A stretch of 64,000 nucleotides of DNA from the NCBI GenBank assembly GCA_963771075.1, contig CAVYSE010000028.1, forward strand, positions 366,234-430,233. Direction: 5' to 3'. The stretch comes from a candidate division FCPU426 bacterium. GTDB taxonomy: Bacteria; Oederibacteriota; Muellerivitia; Muellerivitales; Muellerivitaceae. The position numbers and the translations under genes are program-made. Below the pieces are notes generated by a model. It was not told the origin of the DNA. It saw nothing but the letters and a program-made list of their open reading frames with translations, and ran no database searches. This document shows, piece by piece, positions 63,326 through 64,000 of the stretch. Numbering within the stretch: position 1 is the first letter of the stretch; the number at the start of each line of letters is the position of its first letter.

Positions 63326-63492
63326 CCTAACAATCGTACGGCCAGAAAGAACTCTAATACCCACCAAAATACAGACCAAATACCGCCTCAGCATACGGCC
63401 CGAAACAGCCATATAGCAAGTGGCACAATGCAGAGTTCACCAAGGTAGTGGCTCTTTTCTTAATTTAGCTATAATCAAACCAGGAGAAGGAA

Positions 63493-63690
63493 ATGAACAT
63501 TCACGAACCTGCGGCTGAATATATCGTTGATAAAAAAGGGCGTAAAAAAGGTGTCCTCCTCAGTTTGGACCATTACGAGCAATTGATGGAAGATTTACAC
63601 GATTTATCGGTCATTGCTGGCCGGAAAAGCGAAAAATCGATACCTTTTGGGAAGACCCCCAAACGCCCGGGGAAAAATGGGAGTTTATAA
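63493..63690 (+). CDS. Putative type II antitoxin
   Basis: EYIVDKKGRKKGVLL..YEQLMEDLHDL; overlaps the start of a RelE-like gene. Confidence 0.75.
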   Translation: MNIHEPAAEYIVDKKGRKKGVLLSLDHYEQLMEDLHDLSVIAGRKSEKSIPFGKTPKRPGKNGSL

Positions 63691-63943
63691 CCTTTTTCAA
63701 AAACCTTCCATTGAGAAAGACTTCCGTAAAATTCCACCCGCCATCGCCCGGATGATGTTCAAAAAAATAAATCAATTGGCAGATCAACCCATACCCCCCC
63801 AAGCCATTAAATTGACAGGTGCGGAGCGCTTTTACAGGATCAGGGTTGGGGATTATCGAGTTATTTACGAAATTGATCACGCTGAACGCCGAATCACCGT
63901 CCATTATGTTCGTCATAGGCGCGATGTTTATCGGAGTCTATGA
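63677..63943 (+). CDS. RelE/ParE-family toxin
   Basis: KLTG..YRIRVGDYRVIYEID..RHRRDVYR motifs. Confidence 0.9.
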   Translation: MGVYNLFQKPSIEKDFRKIPPAIARMMFKKINQLADQPIPPQAIKLTGAERFYRIRVGDYRVIYEIDHAERRITVHYVRHRRDVYRSL

Positions 63944-64000
63944 AGGCGTAGATACTTTGTTTTAATGCCGTGACCACCTTGATTAATAAAGGCAATCCAT

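Noticed and set aside
63263..63437. Sigma54 promoter from TGGCAC motifs
   Set aside because: No correctly spaced TTGC -12 element follows any copy.

Overview
A bacterial chromosomal segment containing the replication origin (dnaA-dnaN, DnaA boxes, DnaA-trio unwinding element). The host is probably diderm, since hldD and a TonB-dependent receptor are present. 0.8-15.6 kb: two cytosolic [NiFe]-hydrogenase operons transcribed divergently, group 3d hoxEFUYH-hoxW-hypF-hypC-hypD on minus and group 3b hydBGDA plus protease on plus. Their shared promoter region carries three TATGA-N6-TCATA palindromes. 15.9-29.3 kb: housekeeping and miscellaneous genes. About 29.5-42.7 kb: an accessory/defence island holding a nested palindrome, an orphan winged-helix gene preceded by a helically phased repeat array, type III R-M genes with Bro-N, HEPN-MNT, and a SWIM/GHKL-ATPase cassette bracketed by a duplicated 3' end of the neighbouring DUF1998 helicase. 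After the origin come cydAB, a cobalamin uptake/salvage cluster with two B12 riboswitches, IS30 and a RelE-type toxin-antitoxin pair. Many conserved genes carry single-base frameshifts, densest at 2.8-11.5 kb. These are most likely assembly errors, so pseudogene status cannot be judged here. All family assignments come from motif recognition by eye, not from database searches.
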